DNA of 64,000 nucleotides, taken from the NCBI GenBank assembly GCA_963674865.2, contig CAXXYE010000009.1, positions 1,312,001 to 1,376,000 of the forward strand. The letters are read 5' to 3'. The position numbers were made by a program, and so were the translations under genes. Source of the DNA: Candidatus Hydrogenedentota bacterium. Lineage in GTDB: Bacteria > Hydrogenedentota > Hydrogenedentia > Hydrogenedentales > SLHB01. Numbering within the stretch: position 1 is the stretch's first letter; every line of letters begins with the position of its first letter. This document shows positions 28,869-39,769 of this stretch, piece after piece. The notes below the pieces were generated by a model that ran no database searches, was not told the origin of the DNA, and saw nothing but the letters and a program-made list of their open reading frames with translations.

Positions 28869-29945
28869 ATGGCCGGCGTGCCAAGTATCAAAGAACTTCT
28901 GTCAAAGATGATCGAATTGAAAGCGAGTGATTTGCACGTGGTGGTCGGCGCTCCCCCCATCGTGCGCATCAATGGGTCCCTCGATCCCTTGCCGGGCTAC
29001 GAGGTACTCACGCCCGACATGACCCAAGAGATCGTCTATAGCGTGATGAACGAGGAGCAGGTAGCCGAGTTCGAAACCGAGAAAGAGTGCGACATGTCTT
29101 TTGGCATAGATGGACTCAGCCGGTTCCGACTGAACGTCTACCGCGACCGCGGCTCGGTGGTGGCGGCCTTCCGTGCGATCCCATTCGACATACTCTCCTT
29201 TGAGGAGCTTGGACTGCCTCGTGTGGTGGCAGACTTCGCGTACCGACCCATTGGCCTGGTGCTTGTGTGTGGGCCGACAGGTAGCGGCAAATCGACGACG
29301 CTGGCGTCGATTATGGACCGCATCAATCGCGAGCGGAAGGTCCACATCATCACGATTGAGGATCCCATCGAGTACCTGCACCACCACAATCAGTCGATCA
29401 TCAACCAGCGCGAGGTGCACGCTGACACGAAGTCGTTCGCGGCATCGTTGCGCCACGTGCTGCGGCAGGACCCCGACGTGATTCTCATCGGCGAGATGCG
29501 CGACACGGAGACGATACAGGCTGCGCTCACAGTTGCCGAAACGGGCCACCTCGCATTTGCCACCTTGCACACCAACGACGCGCTTCAAACGATCAACCGA
29601 ATCGTTGACGTGTTTCCGTCGAACCAACAGGACCAGGTGAGAACCCAGTTATCCTTCGTTCTCGAAGGTGTTGTGGTGCAACAGCTTATTCCGCGCTCCG
29701 ACGGGCAGGGCCGTGTCATTGCTCTCGAGATCATGGTGCCCAATCCCGCCATCCGTGCTCTCATTCGCTCGGAGAAGCTTGAGCAAATACCGTCGATGAT
29801 TGAGATTGGCACCGGCGAAGGGATGATGACCATGAATCAATCGCTCTATCGCCTTGCTCGCCGGAATATGATCACCGTCGATACGGCAATGAAGCGCAGT
29901 CCCAATCCGGAAGGGCTGCAACGCCTCCTGGAAAAGGGCTCGTGA
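28869..29945 (+). CDS. pilT: Type IV pilus retraction ATPase
   Basis: ASDLH, GPTGSGKSTT, QREV, AETGHL..TLHT, AIRALIR (AIRNLIRE-like motif). Confidence 0.95.
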   Translation: MAGVPSIKELLSKMIELKASDLHVVVGAPPIVRINGSLDPLPGYEVLTPDMTQEIVYSVMNEEQVAEFETEKECDMSFGIDGLSRFRLNVYRDRGSVVAAFRAIPFDILSFEELGLPRVVADFAYRPIGLVLVCGPTGSGKSTTLASIMDRINRERKVHIITIEDPIEYLHHHNQSIINQREVHADTKSFAASLRHVLRQDPDVILIGEMRDTETIQAALTVAETGHLAFATLHTNDALQTINRIVDVFPSNQQDQVRTQLSFVLEGVVVQQLIPRSDGQGRVIALEIMVPNPAIRALIRSEKLEQIPSMIEIGTGEGMMTMNQSLYRLARRNMITVDTAMKRSPNPEGLQRLLEKGS

Positions 29946-31552
29946 CGGAGCACCCGCTCGATCGCCTGCCGCATCAGGGGGCCGGGGCGGAAGTGCGGGT
30001 CGGATACGGGGGCGTCGCCCGCATCGTCGTCCTCTGCATTCTTATGGCCGGGGGGCGGCGGCTCATCGCCGCCGACCTGCCCAGCGGCCTGTACGTGCTC
30101 CCCGCATTCTATGCCGTCGGCTTCGTCTTCAGCGTGTTCCAGGTCCTTCGCCTGCGGCGCACTGAGGACATGCTCGCGTCCCTCACAAAGGCCCAGGTGG
30201 GCGTCGACTTCGCCGTCGTGGCCGCGACGGTATTCTACACTGGAGGTCCCAGAAGTCTCCTGACGTTCCTGTTTGTGATCGTGATCCTCGAAGCGGGCGT
30301 GCTCATGGGGATGGGGCCGAGCATTGCGTTTGCCACAGTGGCAGTCCTCTTCACATTCCTCACTTGCCTCCGCAGTGCGGGGCCTGATGACGCCGGCCAG
30401 ATGCATGAGTCCGTCATGCTCTGGTACAGCGTATTGATACAGATACTGGCGTTTTATCTCACGGCTTTCATTAGCGGCTATTGGAGCCAGCGCATCCATC
30501 ATCTGCGGCGATTCCAGCGCGAGATCATGGACAACATGAACACCGGGTTTTTGATCTCCGATCGAAGCGGCACGATAGTCGCCCTCAACAAAGCCGGCGA
30601 GAGGATTCTGAATCTCGAGCCGGGCGCCGCGCTTGGACGGCCCGCGACGGAAGTTCTGAAGGTGCAGGCCGGAGGGGAGTCGCCCATTATGACTGCCCTT
30701 CGCTCCCGGAGGGATTTTACGAGCTATGAGTTCTCCGCGGAAACCGGGGAGGGGGAGATCAAGCTCCTTGGCCTGACGACGAGCAAGATGCATGATCCGC
30801 AAGACAAGATGTCTGGCGTTATTGCGTCGTTTACGGACCTTACGGAAATGGCAAAGATGCGCGCCGAACTCCGGCGTCAAGATCGTATGGCCGTGATAGG
30901 GGAATTGGCAGCCGGCCTGGCGCATGAAATCCGCAACCCCGTCGCCGCGATTGCGGGAGCCGTGGAGGAGCTGAAGTCCAGCGTCAGTTCAGAAGGAATG
31001 GTCGGGCGACTGGCTGCCATCGCAACGCGGGAATCGGACCACCTGAATGAGATTGTCAGCGGCTTCCTTGATTTTGCGCGAAAACCCACCGTCAAACGCG
31101 AACTGCTCAACCTGCGTGAGCTCGTGGAAGAGGTCGCCGCACTATTGGGGCACGACTATGCCCACGCAGAGAAGCTCACCATCGCGGTGGATTCGCCCCA
31201 AGAGTCATGTGTCATTTCGGGCGACCGCTCCCAGTTGAAACAGGTTCTCGTGAATCTGGGGAAGAACGCCGTTGAGGCGATGGAAGAGTCGGGGACGTTG
31301 TCCCTTGTGGTGGCGCCCGGCGCCGGCTTCACTGAGGTACGGCTTGAAGACGAGGGGCCGGGCATACCTCCGGATCAGGTTGCGCGGATTTTCGAGCCTT
31401 TCTATACTACGAAGAAGCGCGGTGTGGGGATGGGCCTAGCGGTGTGCCTGCGGATTGTGACGGCCCATGATGGAATGCTCCGGGCGGTGTCGCGGGCGGG
31501 CGGCGGAACGACGATGAGCGTGCAGTTGCCTGTGGCGCGAACAGAGGAGTAG
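29942..31552 (+). CDS. pilS: PilS-type membrane sensor histidine kinase with PAS domain
   Basis: Multi-TM N-terminus with FYTGG..S, PAS domain, AHEIRNP, NAVEA, DEGPG, FEPFYTTK, GMGL. Position in the pil operon supports the call. Confidence 0.85.
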   Translation: MTEHPLDRLPHQGAGAEVRVGYGGVARIVVLCILMAGGRRLIAADLPSGLYVLPAFYAVGFVFSVFQVLRLRRTEDMLASLTKAQVGVDFAVVAATVFYTGGPRSLLTFLFVIVILEAGVLMGMGPSIAFATVAVLFTFLTCLRSAGPDDAGQMHESVMLWYSVLIQILAFYLTAFISGYWSQRIHHLRRFQREIMDNMNTGFLISDRSGTIVALNKAGERILNLEPGAALGRPATEVLKVQAGGESPIMTALRSRRDFTSYEFSAETGEGEIKLLGLTTSKMHDPQDKMSGVIASFTDLTEMAKMRAELRRQDRMAVIGELAAGLAHEIRNPVAAIAGAVEELKSSVSSEGMVGRLAAIATRESDHLNEIVSGFLDFARKPTVKRELLNLRELVEEVAALLGHDYAHAEKLTIAVDSPQESCVISGDRSQLKQVLVNLGKNAVEAMEESGTLSLVVAPGAGFTEVRLEDEGPGIPPDQVARIFEPFYTTKKRGVGMGLAVCLRIVTAHDGMLRAVSRAGGGTTMSVQLPVARTEE

Positions 31553-31558
31553 AGGGGC

Positions 31559-32971
31559 TTGATGGCTCGACGCAAAGTATTGGTGGTTGACGACGAAGAG
31601 AGCATGCGGGAGCTGCTCACCATCGTTCTCGGGAACGATGGGTACGATGTGACCTCCGTGGCTGACGTCGATGCGGCATGCGGCGTTCTCGAAGAGCAAG
31701 CGTTTGACGCGGTGATTACCGACCTTCGGATCGGCCCTGATCGGGACGCGGGGATGGCGCTTCTTTCCTGGCTCCAGGAAAGCTCACCGACCACACCGGC
31801 GATCATGATTACGGCGCACGGGTCGGTCGAGTCGGCCATTGAGGCCATGAAGCGGGGCGCGGCGGATTACGTGATGAAGCCCTTCAAGAACGATGAGATC
31901 CGCCTCTTGGTGCGCCGAGCTATCGAGCAACGAGACCTGGTGCGCGAAAATGCGGCCTTGCGCCAGGAGTTGGCCAGACAGGGCAAACTCGAGGCGCTGA
32001 TTGGTACGAGTCCGGCCATCGAAGAGGTCCGGAACATGGTTCGCCGCGTGGCCATGCTGCCAAGCACCGTCGCCATTCACGGCGAAAGCGGGACGGGGAA
32101 GGAACTGGTGGCCCGGGCGATTCACCAGTTAAGCCCGCGGGCGGAGAAGCCATTTGTCGCGATTAACTGCGGCGGGGTGCCCGAGAACCTGCTCGAAAGC
32201 GAACTTTTCGGCCACAAGAAGGGGGCGTTCACCGGGGCCGTCGACGACAAGGAGGGCCTGTTCACCGTGGCGGACGGAGGGTCCCTCTTCCTGGACGAAA
32301 TTGGAGAGATGCCGCTCGCGCTTCAGGTGAAGCTTCTGCGCGTATTGGACAATAGCGTCGTCACGCCCATCGGAGGTACAACAGGTGTGACAGTGGACGT
32401 CCGGATCATCTCTGCGACCAACCGCAACCTGGAGGCCATGGTCGACCAGAGCGCTTTCCGAAAAGACCTGTTCTATCGGTTGAATGTCATCCCCATCATT
32501 GTGCCGCCGCTGCGCGAGAGGGCGGACGATATCCCGCTGCTGGCGCGGCACTTTGTGCGAAGGCACGGCGAGAAACTCGGCCGAGGTAACCTGAAGATCT
32601 CGCCGGAGTCCGAAGCCCATCTGCGCAATTTCGACTGGCCGGGCAACGTGCGTGAACTCGAAAACGTCCTAGAGCGTGCTGTGGCTCTGTGCGACGCGGA
32701 TACGGTTCAGGTCACCGACCTGCCGCAGAACGTTCGCGATCATGTGGCCCTGCCTGCGAAGGATATCACGCAACTGCCGGCGGGGGGAGTAGACCTTGAG
32801 GCGCTGATCGCCGAGATCGAGACGGGACTCATCGAACAAGCACTTCAGAATAGCCGCTATTCTCAGAAACGCGCCGCCGAAATGTTGGGCTTGACCACGC
32901 GTTCGCTACGCTATCGTTTGCAGAAGCACGGAATCGACAAAGGAGACGATTCGACGAACGATGACGAGTGA
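31559..32971 (+). CDS. pilR: PilR-type sigma54 response regulator
   Basis: REC domain, [23 protein letters not shown]-terminal HTH RSLRYRL. Confidence 0.85.
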   Translation: MMARRKVLVVDDEESMRELLTIVLGNDGYDVTSVADVDAACGVLEEQAFDAVITDLRIGPDRDAGMALLSWLQESSPTTPAIMITAHGSVESAIEAMKRGAADYVMKPFKNDEIRLLVRRAIEQRDLVRENAALRQELARQGKLEALIGTSPAIEEVRNMVRRVAMLPSTVAIHGESGTGKELVARAIHQLSPRAEKPFVAINCGGVPENLLESELFGHKKGAFTGAVDDKEGLFTVADGGSLFLDEIGEMPLALQVKLLRVLDNSVVTPIGGTTGVTVDVRIISATNRNLEAMVDQSAFRKDLFYRLNVIPIIVPPLRERADDIPLLARHFVRRHGEKLGRGNLKISPESEAHLRNFDWPGNVRELENVLERAVALCDADTVQVTDLPQNVRDHVALPAKDITQLPAGGVDLEALIAEIETGLIEQALQNSRYSQKRAAEMLGLTTRSLRYRLQKHGIDKGDDSTNDDE

Positions 32972-33020
32972 CGCACGGCTACCTATGCGAGAAGAGCGTG
33001 TGTTTGCCCGAAATGGGAAG

Positions 33021-33821
33021 TTACCGGCGGCGCAGCGCCTCCTCATACTCTTCGGAGACTACCAGCTTATCGCCTAAGGCGTCGGCTAGCGGGTCGAACG
33101 TCTCCGGGCCGAAGCCCAGATGCAGCCGACGTCGCCACCCTTCCGCGTATTGGAATTTCCCGGACATTCGCCCCATCTCGCGGGACATTTCCTCCATCGT
33201 GATGAGGTAGCTGTCGAGTCCCTGGCTCACGTCGAGCCATTCTTTCTGACTCGTGTGGCTGGCGAGGGCGGCGCGCTTCGTTTGCATCACCCCCGAGATA
33301 TCCACGTACTGCCCCGCACTGATGGCGCGGCGCAGAGGATCGTGCAAGCCCCAGGGAAGGGCATGGTAGACAGCCACATCAGTGGAAATTGGCTCGCGCG
33401 GCGGGTCGGAGAAGAAGTTTCTCATTCCTCGGCAGAAGGTTGCGGTGACGGCGAGGCGTCCGGCATTGACATGATCTTCCATATAGTCGTGGGGAGAGGC
33501 CGTAAGGAGAATCGAAGGCGCAACATCGCGCACAACGGCGCACACCCGGCGCACAAGCGCGCTTGTGTAGTAGACCTCGAGATCATCCACGAGGGGGGCG
33601 TGGAAGATTGCGCCGAGGGTCTCGGCCGCTGTCCGGGCCTCTTCCGTGCGCCTTGCAATGATGGCGTCCGGGGCCTCCGATGCGGTTCCGCACGAGCCGT
33701 TTGCTATATTGAGCAGATGGGTTTCGTAACCGGCCTGCCTAAGAAGGACCAAAGTGCCCCCCATCATGAATTCAATATCGTCTGGATGGGAATGGACAGC
33801 CAGAGCCACTTTCGCGGACAT
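33021..33821 (-). CDS. PIG-L family deacetylase
   Basis: HSHPDDIE, DYMEDH, HTSQKEWLD. Confidence 0.88.
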   Translation of the reverse strand: MSAKVALAVHSHPDDIEFMMGGTLVLLRQAGYETHLLNIANGSCGTASEAPDAIIARRTEEARTAAETLGAIFHAPLVDDLEVYYTSALVRRVCAVVRDVAPSILLTASPHDYMEDHVNAGRLAVTATFCRGMRNFFSDPPREPISTDVAVYHALPWGLHDPLRRAISAGQYVDISGVMQTKRAALASHTSQKEWLDVSQGLDSYLITMEEMSREMGRMSGKFQYAEGWRRRLHLGFGPETFDPLADALGDKLVVSEEYEEALRRR

Positions 33822-33885
33822 GCGTCTTCTTCCTTGTGCTTCCAACGTCCGGGCAATATGACGCGGGACGATCTGCTATGGTTGG

Positions 33886-34650
33886 TTACTCTCTCGGCCC
33901 CATCATCGCGCCCATCTGGCTCATATCCATGACCGTCACGCCCGCCGGCGGCGTGTAGACAAAGCGCGAAGGCTCGATGGCCGGGTTGATTTTGATGTTC
34001 TTCATCGTCTGGGTCATGACGGCCTTTCCCGCCTTGTCGAACATGGTTGTTTGCAGCGTCATACCTGTCTTTTTGTCAAGATACACCCGCATCTTGCCGA
34101 GTCCGGCCGGCGACGCCTTATCTGAGTCGGCTTTCGGCGTCATGTCGAGCACGTAGGCGTCTCGGCCGTTTACCTGCTCTTCCGGCGCAACGGTGATGTC
34201 GAAGGTCTTACGCATCTGCTCGAACATGGCTTTAGGGCCGAGAGGGGTCATGCCGCCCTGATTGACTTGGAGTTCGTCGAGCTTCATTTTCATGGCCATA
34301 GTCTGGCCCATCATCTCCGTCTGCGTGTAGAGGAAGTCGCCGTCGAACACGGAGAGGATCTTCTGCTCCATGGGCTGCGGGCCCGCCTGCATCGTGGTCG
34401 TCATCTCCATCCGGAAACGCGCCGCCCCGTCCTTGTTGAGGGCTTCCATTTTGCCCGAGCCCTTTGAGTTTACGGCACGCGGCCCTTCGCCCATCGTCAT
34501 GTCCATATCGAAGTCGGCTGTGGTCGTGGTTACCTTCTCACTCGCGGCCAGGACCTTCTGTTCAATGGACTCGAGGCTTTCGGCGGCGGCGAGAGAGGCG
34601 GCGAATGCAAGAACCAAGGTCAGCGCAATCTTCGCAGCGTGTTTGGGCAT
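33886..34650 (-). CDS. Secreted LolA-like (lipoprotein-carrier fold) protein
   Basis: Signal peptide, beta-rich body, C-terminal INPAIEPSRFVYTPPAGVTV typical of the LolA fold. Confidence 0.7.
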   Translation of the reverse strand: MPKHAAKIALTLVLAFAASLAAAESLESIEQKVLAASEKVTTTTADFDMDMTMGEGPRAVNSKGSGKMEALNKDGAARFRMEMTTTMQAGPQPMEQKILSVFDGDFLYTQTEMMGQTMAMKMKLDELQVNQGGMTPLGPKAMFEQMRKTFDITVAPEEQVNGRDAYVLDMTPKADSDKASPAGLGKMRVYLDKKTGMTLQTTMFDKAGKAVMTQTMKNIKINPAIEPSRFVYTPPAGVTVMDMSQMGAMMGPRE

Positions 34651-34885
34651 TATCGTATCTCCTTGTGCCGGCGGTGCTCCCACCGTGCAGTCTACTCTAG
34701 GCCCGGGCTTGTCCCGGCCAACAGCGTTGCAGAGTCTAGCATGTTTCGGCGATGGCCGTACAGGGGGGATAGGAACCGCAATTGGCAACCTGGCCACCCG
34801 GGGGGGAATGCCTCAGGATCGGTTCATGTTCTTTTGAGGTAAGGTATTAGTATCATTGATGCGCGTGGCAACGGAGGGCGGTATC

Positions 34886-35107
34886 ATGACGGTAGAGCGA
34901 GGCTTGCGGCTGATGGCCGGGACAGTCGTCCTGTTCAGTCTTGCGCTGGCTCATTGGATGAGCCCATACTGGCTATGGCTGACGGCCTTTGTGGGACTGA
35001 ACCTGTTTCAGTCGGGCTTGACGGACTGGTGTCCGGCCGTCTGGATATTGCAGAAGGTGGGACTTTCCCGGTGCGCGAAGTCGGCGGCCGGCGACGCGGA
35101 CGGGTGA
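34886..35107 (+). CDS. DUF2892 / YgaP-like small membrane protein
   Basis: VERGLRLMAG...FVGLNLFQSGLTDWCP. Confidence 0.88.
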   Translation: MTVERGLRLMAGTVVLFSLALAHWMSPYWLWLTAFVGLNLFQSGLTDWCPAVWILQKVGLSRCAKSAAGDADG

Positions 35108-35284
35108 GGGGGCGGGCGCAGAGAGCTACGTGTCAGATATTCAGGCTGGGCGCGTTCGGTATCAAGGCCGCCACAGCCAAACACGGGGGCGGCGTCAAGT
35201 CCTCATGATAAAGTAGTGAATATGTGCACACGCTATGGAGGACATGGTTGATGCCGGACCCTTGTACCGTGGTATGTTCCAAAG

Positions 35285-36703
35285 ATGCCTGAGACTCATC
35301 TCGGACAAGATCCTCTTGAGCTGGCGATTCTCCTGGACACCATGGCCGAGGGACTCTACGTGGTGGACCTCGACGGCGTCATCCAGCGCTGGAATAGGTC
35401 GATGGAGAGGATCTCCGGCTACACGGCCGCGGAAGCTATTGGGCAGCGATGCAGCTTCCTCGACAGCGAGGCGTGTCCTGATAATCCTGTCCCGCCCACC
35501 GAGTGCCCGTTATTCCGGCATGGCCGCCTCGATAACGTCGAAACGACCATCCGCTGCAAGGATGGACGGCGCCGGCCCATCAGCAAAAGCGCGCGTGTGC
35601 TGAAGAACGCAGCGGGCCAGGTGGTGGGGAGCGTCGAGACTCTCACGGATATGTCCTCGATGCGGCGTTTGGAAAACGAGGTATCGCGCCTGCTCGAAGA
35701 GGTCGAGGAGCGCTTCGAATTCCACAACATCATCGGTAAGAGCCTTGGGATGCGCGAAGTTTTTGAGCTGATCGGGCTCGCCGCCGCGTCTCAGGCCACG
35801 GCGCTTATCCACGGCGAAACGGGTACCGGCAAGGAACTGGTGGCAAAGGCAATCCACTACCATAGCAGCCGCAAGGACGGCCCGTTGGTCACGGTGAACT
35901 GCTCGGCCCTCTCCGAGTCCCTGCTGGAGAGCGAGTTATTCGGACACGTGGAAGGCGCTTTCACGGGGGGAATCCGCGATCATGTGGGCCGTTTCGAGCG
36001 GGCGGATGGCGGCACCGTCTTTCTCGATGAAGTGGGGGAGATTCCCCCAAGCATCCAGGTGAAGCTGCTGCGCGTTCTCCAGGAACGGGAGTTTGAGCGT
36101 GTAGGCGAATCGACGCCCCGCCGTGTGGATGTGCGCGTCATCGCCGCAACCCATCGAGATCTGCGGGAGCGAGTCCGCGAAGGGGCCTTCCGTGAGGATC
36201 TGTTCTACCGCCTTAACGTGTTCAGGATATCCCTTCCGCCTCTTCGTGAGCGGAAAGAGGATATTGAGCCGCTTATCGCCCATTTTGTCCGGAAATTCAG
36301 CGAAACCACGGGAAAACACATCGAACGGCTCACGCCGGACGCGATGCGCATCGTGATGGAGTACTGCTGGCCGGGGAATGTTCGCGAACTCGAACACGCC
36401 ATCGAGCATGCCTTCGTTGTGTGCTCCGGGCCCGAAATCGGCCCCTTTGACCTGCCCGTTGAGATTCGGCGTTTCGACCTGCAGCAGGCGATATGCCGGG
36501 ACAATCTGCGGGCGGACGAGGTATCTGTCGGCCGCACGTCCACTGCCGGCCGAGCCAAGCCGGCCACGCGCGAGGCCCTTCTCAATGTCCTGAAGGAATG
36601 TGACTGGAACAAGGCGGAGGCGGCGCGGCGCCTGGGCATCACGCGCACATCGATCTGGAGACGGATGAAACGCCTCGGAATTCCCCTCGAACCACCTCAA
36701 TAG
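35285..36703 (+). CDS. PAS-domain sigma54-dependent transcriptional activator
   Basis: Cys-containing PAS domain, [22 protein letters not shown], Fis-type HTH. Confidence 0.92.
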   Translation: MPETHLGQDPLELAILLDTMAEGLYVVDLDGVIQRWNRSMERISGYTAAEAIGQRCSFLDSEACPDNPVPPTECPLFRHGRLDNVETTIRCKDGRRRPISKSARVLKNAAGQVVGSVETLTDMSSMRRLENEVSRLLEEVEERFEFHNIIGKSLGMREVFELIGLAAASQATALIHGETGTGKELVAKAIHYHSSRKDGPLVTVNCSALSESLLESELFGHVEGAFTGGIRDHVGRFERADGGTVFLDEVGEIPPSIQVKLLRVLQEREFERVGESTPRRVDVRVIAATHRDLRERVREGAFREDLFYRLNVFRISLPPLRERKEDIEPLIAHFVRKFSETTGKHIERLTPDAMRIVMEYCWPGNVRELEHAIEHAFVVCSGPEIGPFDLPVEIRRFDLQQAICRDNLRADEVSVGRTSTAGRAKPATREALLNVLKECDWNKAEAARRLGITRTSIWRRMKRLGIPLEPPQ

Positions 36704-36725
36704 ACCCCTTTTCGCCCCTGCCCCA

Positions 36726-36751
36726 CATGTAACGTTTCGCAACGTTACATG
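36726..36751. promoter_or_regulatory. Perfect 11-bp inverted repeat, probable enhancer (UAS) for the sigma54 activator
   Basis: CATGTAACGTT-tcgc-AACGTTACATG, about 100 bp upstream of a -24/-12 element. Confidence 0.7.
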
Positions 36752-36803
36752 AAACGCCGCCCGCTTTGGGGGCTCGTTCCCGTACTTTTTCTAAGGGTTT
36801 GTA

Positions 36804-36816
36804 TATCATTAGCTTA
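36804..36816 (+). promoter_or_regulatory. Putative IHF site
   Basis: TATCATtagcTTA (one mismatch to WATCARnnnnTTR) in an AT-rich tract between the UAS and the sigma54 promoter. Confidence 0.5.
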
Positions 36817-36843
36817 CGCCTCAACTTCGCGTTGCGAAGTCTT

Positions 36844-36859
36844 TGGCATGGATCGTGCT
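36844..36859 (+). promoter_or_regulatory. Sigma54 (-24/-12) promoter
   Basis: TGGCATGGATCGTGCT has the GG-N10-GC spacing. Confidence 0.75.
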
Positions 36860-36918
36860 TCTTGTAAGCGGCTGTGCTTGAAACGGGTTCTATGGGAAGA
36901 CAAGGAAAGGTGACGGTC

Positions 36919-37251
36919 ATGAACGCAACAATGGACGAAGTGACGGCCGAGACATTCTCGGACGCTATCTCAACGGGCGTTGTACTAGTCGATTTCTGGG
37001 CGCCGTGGTGTTCCCCGTGCCTGATGCAGGGCCGCATTCTGGAATCCCTGGCCCCGAACGTGTCGGGAAAGGCAAAGGTAGTGAAAGCCAATATCGATGC
37101 CAATCCTGGAGCAGCCAGGCAGCTTGGCGTGGAGGCCATTCCGACGCTCGTCTTGTTCAAGAATGGCGTTGAGGTGCAGCGTTTCGTGGGCGTGCAATCC
37201 GAGGCCACCTTGCGTTCGGCTTTGGAGTCGCATGCGGGGGACGAGGTATGA
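36919..37251 (+). CDS. Thioredoxin
   Basis: VDFWAPWCSPC and cis-Pro IPT. Confidence 0.9.
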   Translation: MNATMDEVTAETFSDAISTGVVLVDFWAPWCSPCLMQGRILESLAPNVSGKAKVVKANIDANPGAARQLGVEAIPTLVLFKNGVEVQRFVGVQSEATLRSALESHAGDEV

Positions 37252-38927
37252 ACGGCGCTCTCAAGGTAGTCGTAATCGGCGGCGTCGCAGCCGGCCCCAA
37301 GGCCGCTTCGAGAATCATCCGCTTGCGGCCTGATGCGGACGTAACCATCATCGAGCGTGGCGAGTTTCTTTCCTATGCCGGTTGCGGCTTGCCCTACTAC
37401 GTCTCGGGCGTGGTCAAGGAGCAGAGAGAACTGATGTCTACTCCGGTGGGGGTAGTCCGCGACCCGGCCTTCTTCCAGAAGGTCAAGAACGTGCACGTTC
37501 GCAATCATTGTGAAGCCGTCGAGATCGACCGCGCCGGCAAACGAGTATCCGTGAAGGATGTGCGCGACGGCGCCGTGTCGTGGGTCGACTATGATCAACT
37601 GATCCTGGCTACGGGCGCCGAACCGGTGAAGCCCCCGCTGCCCGGCGCGGACAAGGAGAATATCTACACGCTCCACGGAGTCCACGACGCGGAAGGGATC
37701 AAGCATCTTCTCGCCAAGGATAAGGCCTCAGACGTTGTGGTCGTCGGGGGCGGGCTCATCGGTGTCGAGGTTACTGAGGCGCTGGTATCCAAGGGATGCC
37801 GCGTTACCATCGTGGAGATGCTTCCGCACATTCTCACTATGCTTGACGCGGATATGGCCGCCCTTGTCGAGCGCCATCTCGAATCCCACGGAGTGAGAAT
37901 CCTGACGGGTACGACGGTGAAGTCTTTCGAAGGGGATGATTGTGTGACGGGGGTGGCCACGGACAAAGGAGCGCTCCCCGCCGATCTCGTGATTCTTGCC
38001 GTGGGCGTGCGCCCGAACGCCGCTCTGGCACGAGCCGCGGGACTTGACATCGGCGCCACCAAGGCTATCAAGGTCGATAGCCGGATGCGCACAAGCGATC
38101 CAGATATCTACGCCGTGGGCGACTGCGCGGAATCAATGGACCTCGTTACCGGCGAGGCCTGCTATGTCCCGCTCGGCTCAACGGCCAATAAGCAGGGACG
38201 GGTTGCCGCCAATACCATCTGTGGACGCGATGACGCCTTCCCCGGCGTGTTGGGCTCGTCCATCTGCAAGGTTTTTGACTTTGCTGTTGGGAGAACGGGC
38301 CTGACGGAAGCGGCCGCACGGCGCATCGGTTACGACGTCATCACAGCACTGGCGCCAGCCCCCGACAAGGCTCACTTCATGCCCGAAGCTAGGCCGCTGC
38401 TGCTTAAACTTGTCGTTGACAAGGCTACGGGCCGGCTGCTCGGCGCGCAGGCCACGGGCCCGGGCGATGCGGACAAGCGGATCGACGTGGCCGCCATGGC
38501 CATCACGACGGGCATGACGGTGGATCAATTGGCCCAAGCCGATCTGTGCTATGCGCCGCCTTATGCCCCGGCCATGGACAACATCATCACGGCGGCGAAC
38601 GTTGCTCGAAACAAGATCAGCGGCGACATGGCGGGCGTGACGGCGGCGCAGGTGAAGGGCATGCTCGATGCTGAAGAGGACTTCGTTCTTCTCGATGTCC
38701 GCTCCCAGGGGGAGTACGAGCAGATGCGCCTGCCCGGTAGCACTCTGGTGCCGTTGGGCGTCCTGAGGCAAAGGCTCGACGAACTGCCCAGGAACAAGCC
38801 GATTGTCGCATTCTGCAAGATATCGCTTCGCGGATACGAGGCCGCATTGATACTCAAGCACGCCGGCTTCAAAGACGTCCTTGTGTTGGACGGCGGCATC
38901 GTGATGTGGCCGTACGAGAAGGAATGA
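37248..38927 (+). CDS. CoA-disulfide/persulfide reductase fused to rhodanese (CoADR-RHD/Npsr type)
   Basis: GGVAAG, SYAGCGLPY, GGGLIG.E, YAPPY, and a C-terminal rhodanese domain LDVR...FCKISLRGY. Confidence 0.9.
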   Translation: MNGALKVVVIGGVAAGPKAASRIIRLRPDADVTIIERGEFLSYAGCGLPYYVSGVVKEQRELMSTPVGVVRDPAFFQKVKNVHVRNHCEAVEIDRAGKRVSVKDVRDGAVSWVDYDQLILATGAEPVKPPLPGADKENIYTLHGVHDAEGIKHLLAKDKASDVVVVGGGLIGVEVTEALVSKGCRVTIVEMLPHILTMLDADMAALVERHLESHGVRILTGTTVKSFEGDDCVTGVATDKGALPADLVILAVGVRPNAALARAAGLDIGATKAIKVDSRMRTSDPDIYAVGDCAESMDLVTGEACYVPLGSTANKQGRVAANTICGRDDAFPGVLGSSICKVFDFAVGRTGLTEAAARRIGYDVITALAPAPDKAHFMPEARPLLLKLVVDKATGRLLGAQATGPGDADKRIDVAAMAITTGMTVDQLAQADLCYAPPYAPAMDNIITAANVARNKISGDMAGVTAAQVKGMLDAEEDFVLLDVRSQGEYEQMRLPGSTLVPLGVLRQRLDELPRNKPIVAFCKISLRGYEAALILKHAGFKDVLVLDGGIVMWPYEKE

Positions 38928-38950
38928 GGTTTAGAAGAAAGGAATGCGGC

Positions 38951-39172
38951 ATGCCGATATTCGCATATGAATGTGAGAAGTGTCAGGAGACTTTTGAGGT
39001 GCTCGAACGGGCCGGGGCGGAAGGCTCGCACGCTTGTCCCCGGTGCGGCGGCAAGCAAACGAGGCGTCTTGTGTCGAGGTTTGCCGCGCACGTCAGCGCC
39101 GGGCAGGGCGCCTGTGCTTCAGGGGAATGTTTCACGTCGGGATGTTGTCCGGGCGGCTCATGCACGCTTTAG
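38951..39172 (+). CDS. FmdB-family zinc-ribbon protein
   Basis: MPIFAYECEKC...CPRCG plus a Cys-rich tail. Confidence 0.85.
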   Translation: MPIFAYECEKCQETFEVLERAGAEGSHACPRCGGKQTRRLVSRFAAHVSAGQGACASGECFTSGCCPGGSCTL

Positions 39173-39229
39173 GTAGCAGGGCTTAAGAACTGTCTGCAAT
39201 TCCAACGAATGAGTAAGGAGAAGAGGAAT

Positions 39230-39718
39230 ATGTCTAAGCTGAAACCGATGTTGGCTTCAGGTCTGTTGGGTTTTGCGCTGGGAATGGGCGCGTTGGCCTT
39301 GGTTGCCTACCTCATCATGCCGGGCATGATGATCGTCACTAAGGAATGTAAGATGGGGGTGGATGAAACCGTCGCGGCCCTCGAGGAATCTATCGGCGCA
39401 AACGGATGGGTGGTATCGGGCGTGATGGACATGAACCAGTCGCTTGCCAAGCACGGCGTGGATTTCGCGCCCAAGGTCAAGTTGGTGAAACTTTGCAAGG
39501 CACAATATGCGCAGAGCGTGTTGTCCACCGATCGGCATGTCGCGTGCCTGATGCCATGTTCCATGGCCGTTTGGGAAGGCGATGACGGCAAAGTATACTT
39601 ATCGGAGATGAATATGGGCCTTATGGCGAAGATGTTTGGCGGCAACATCGCCAAGATCATGGGCGGCGCCGTCGTTAGCGATGAAGAGGCGATGCTCGAG
39701 GGGCTCGTGGTAGAGTAG
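39230..39718 (+). CDS. DUF302 domain protein with N-terminal membrane anchor
   Basis: KLCKAQYA...ACLMPCSMAVWE motif. Confidence 0.82.
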   Translation: MSKLKPMLASGLLGFALGMGALALVAYLIMPGMMIVTKECKMGVDETVAALEESIGANGWVVSGVMDMNQSLAKHGVDFAPKVKLVKLCKAQYAQSVLSTDRHVACLMPCSMAVWEGDDGKVYLSEMNMGLMAKMFGGNIAKIMGGAVVSDEEAMLEGLVVE

Positions 39719-39769
39719 TTCGCGAACGCAATGCGCGTTCCTTCTGTATAGAAAGAAAGGGCATTTCTA

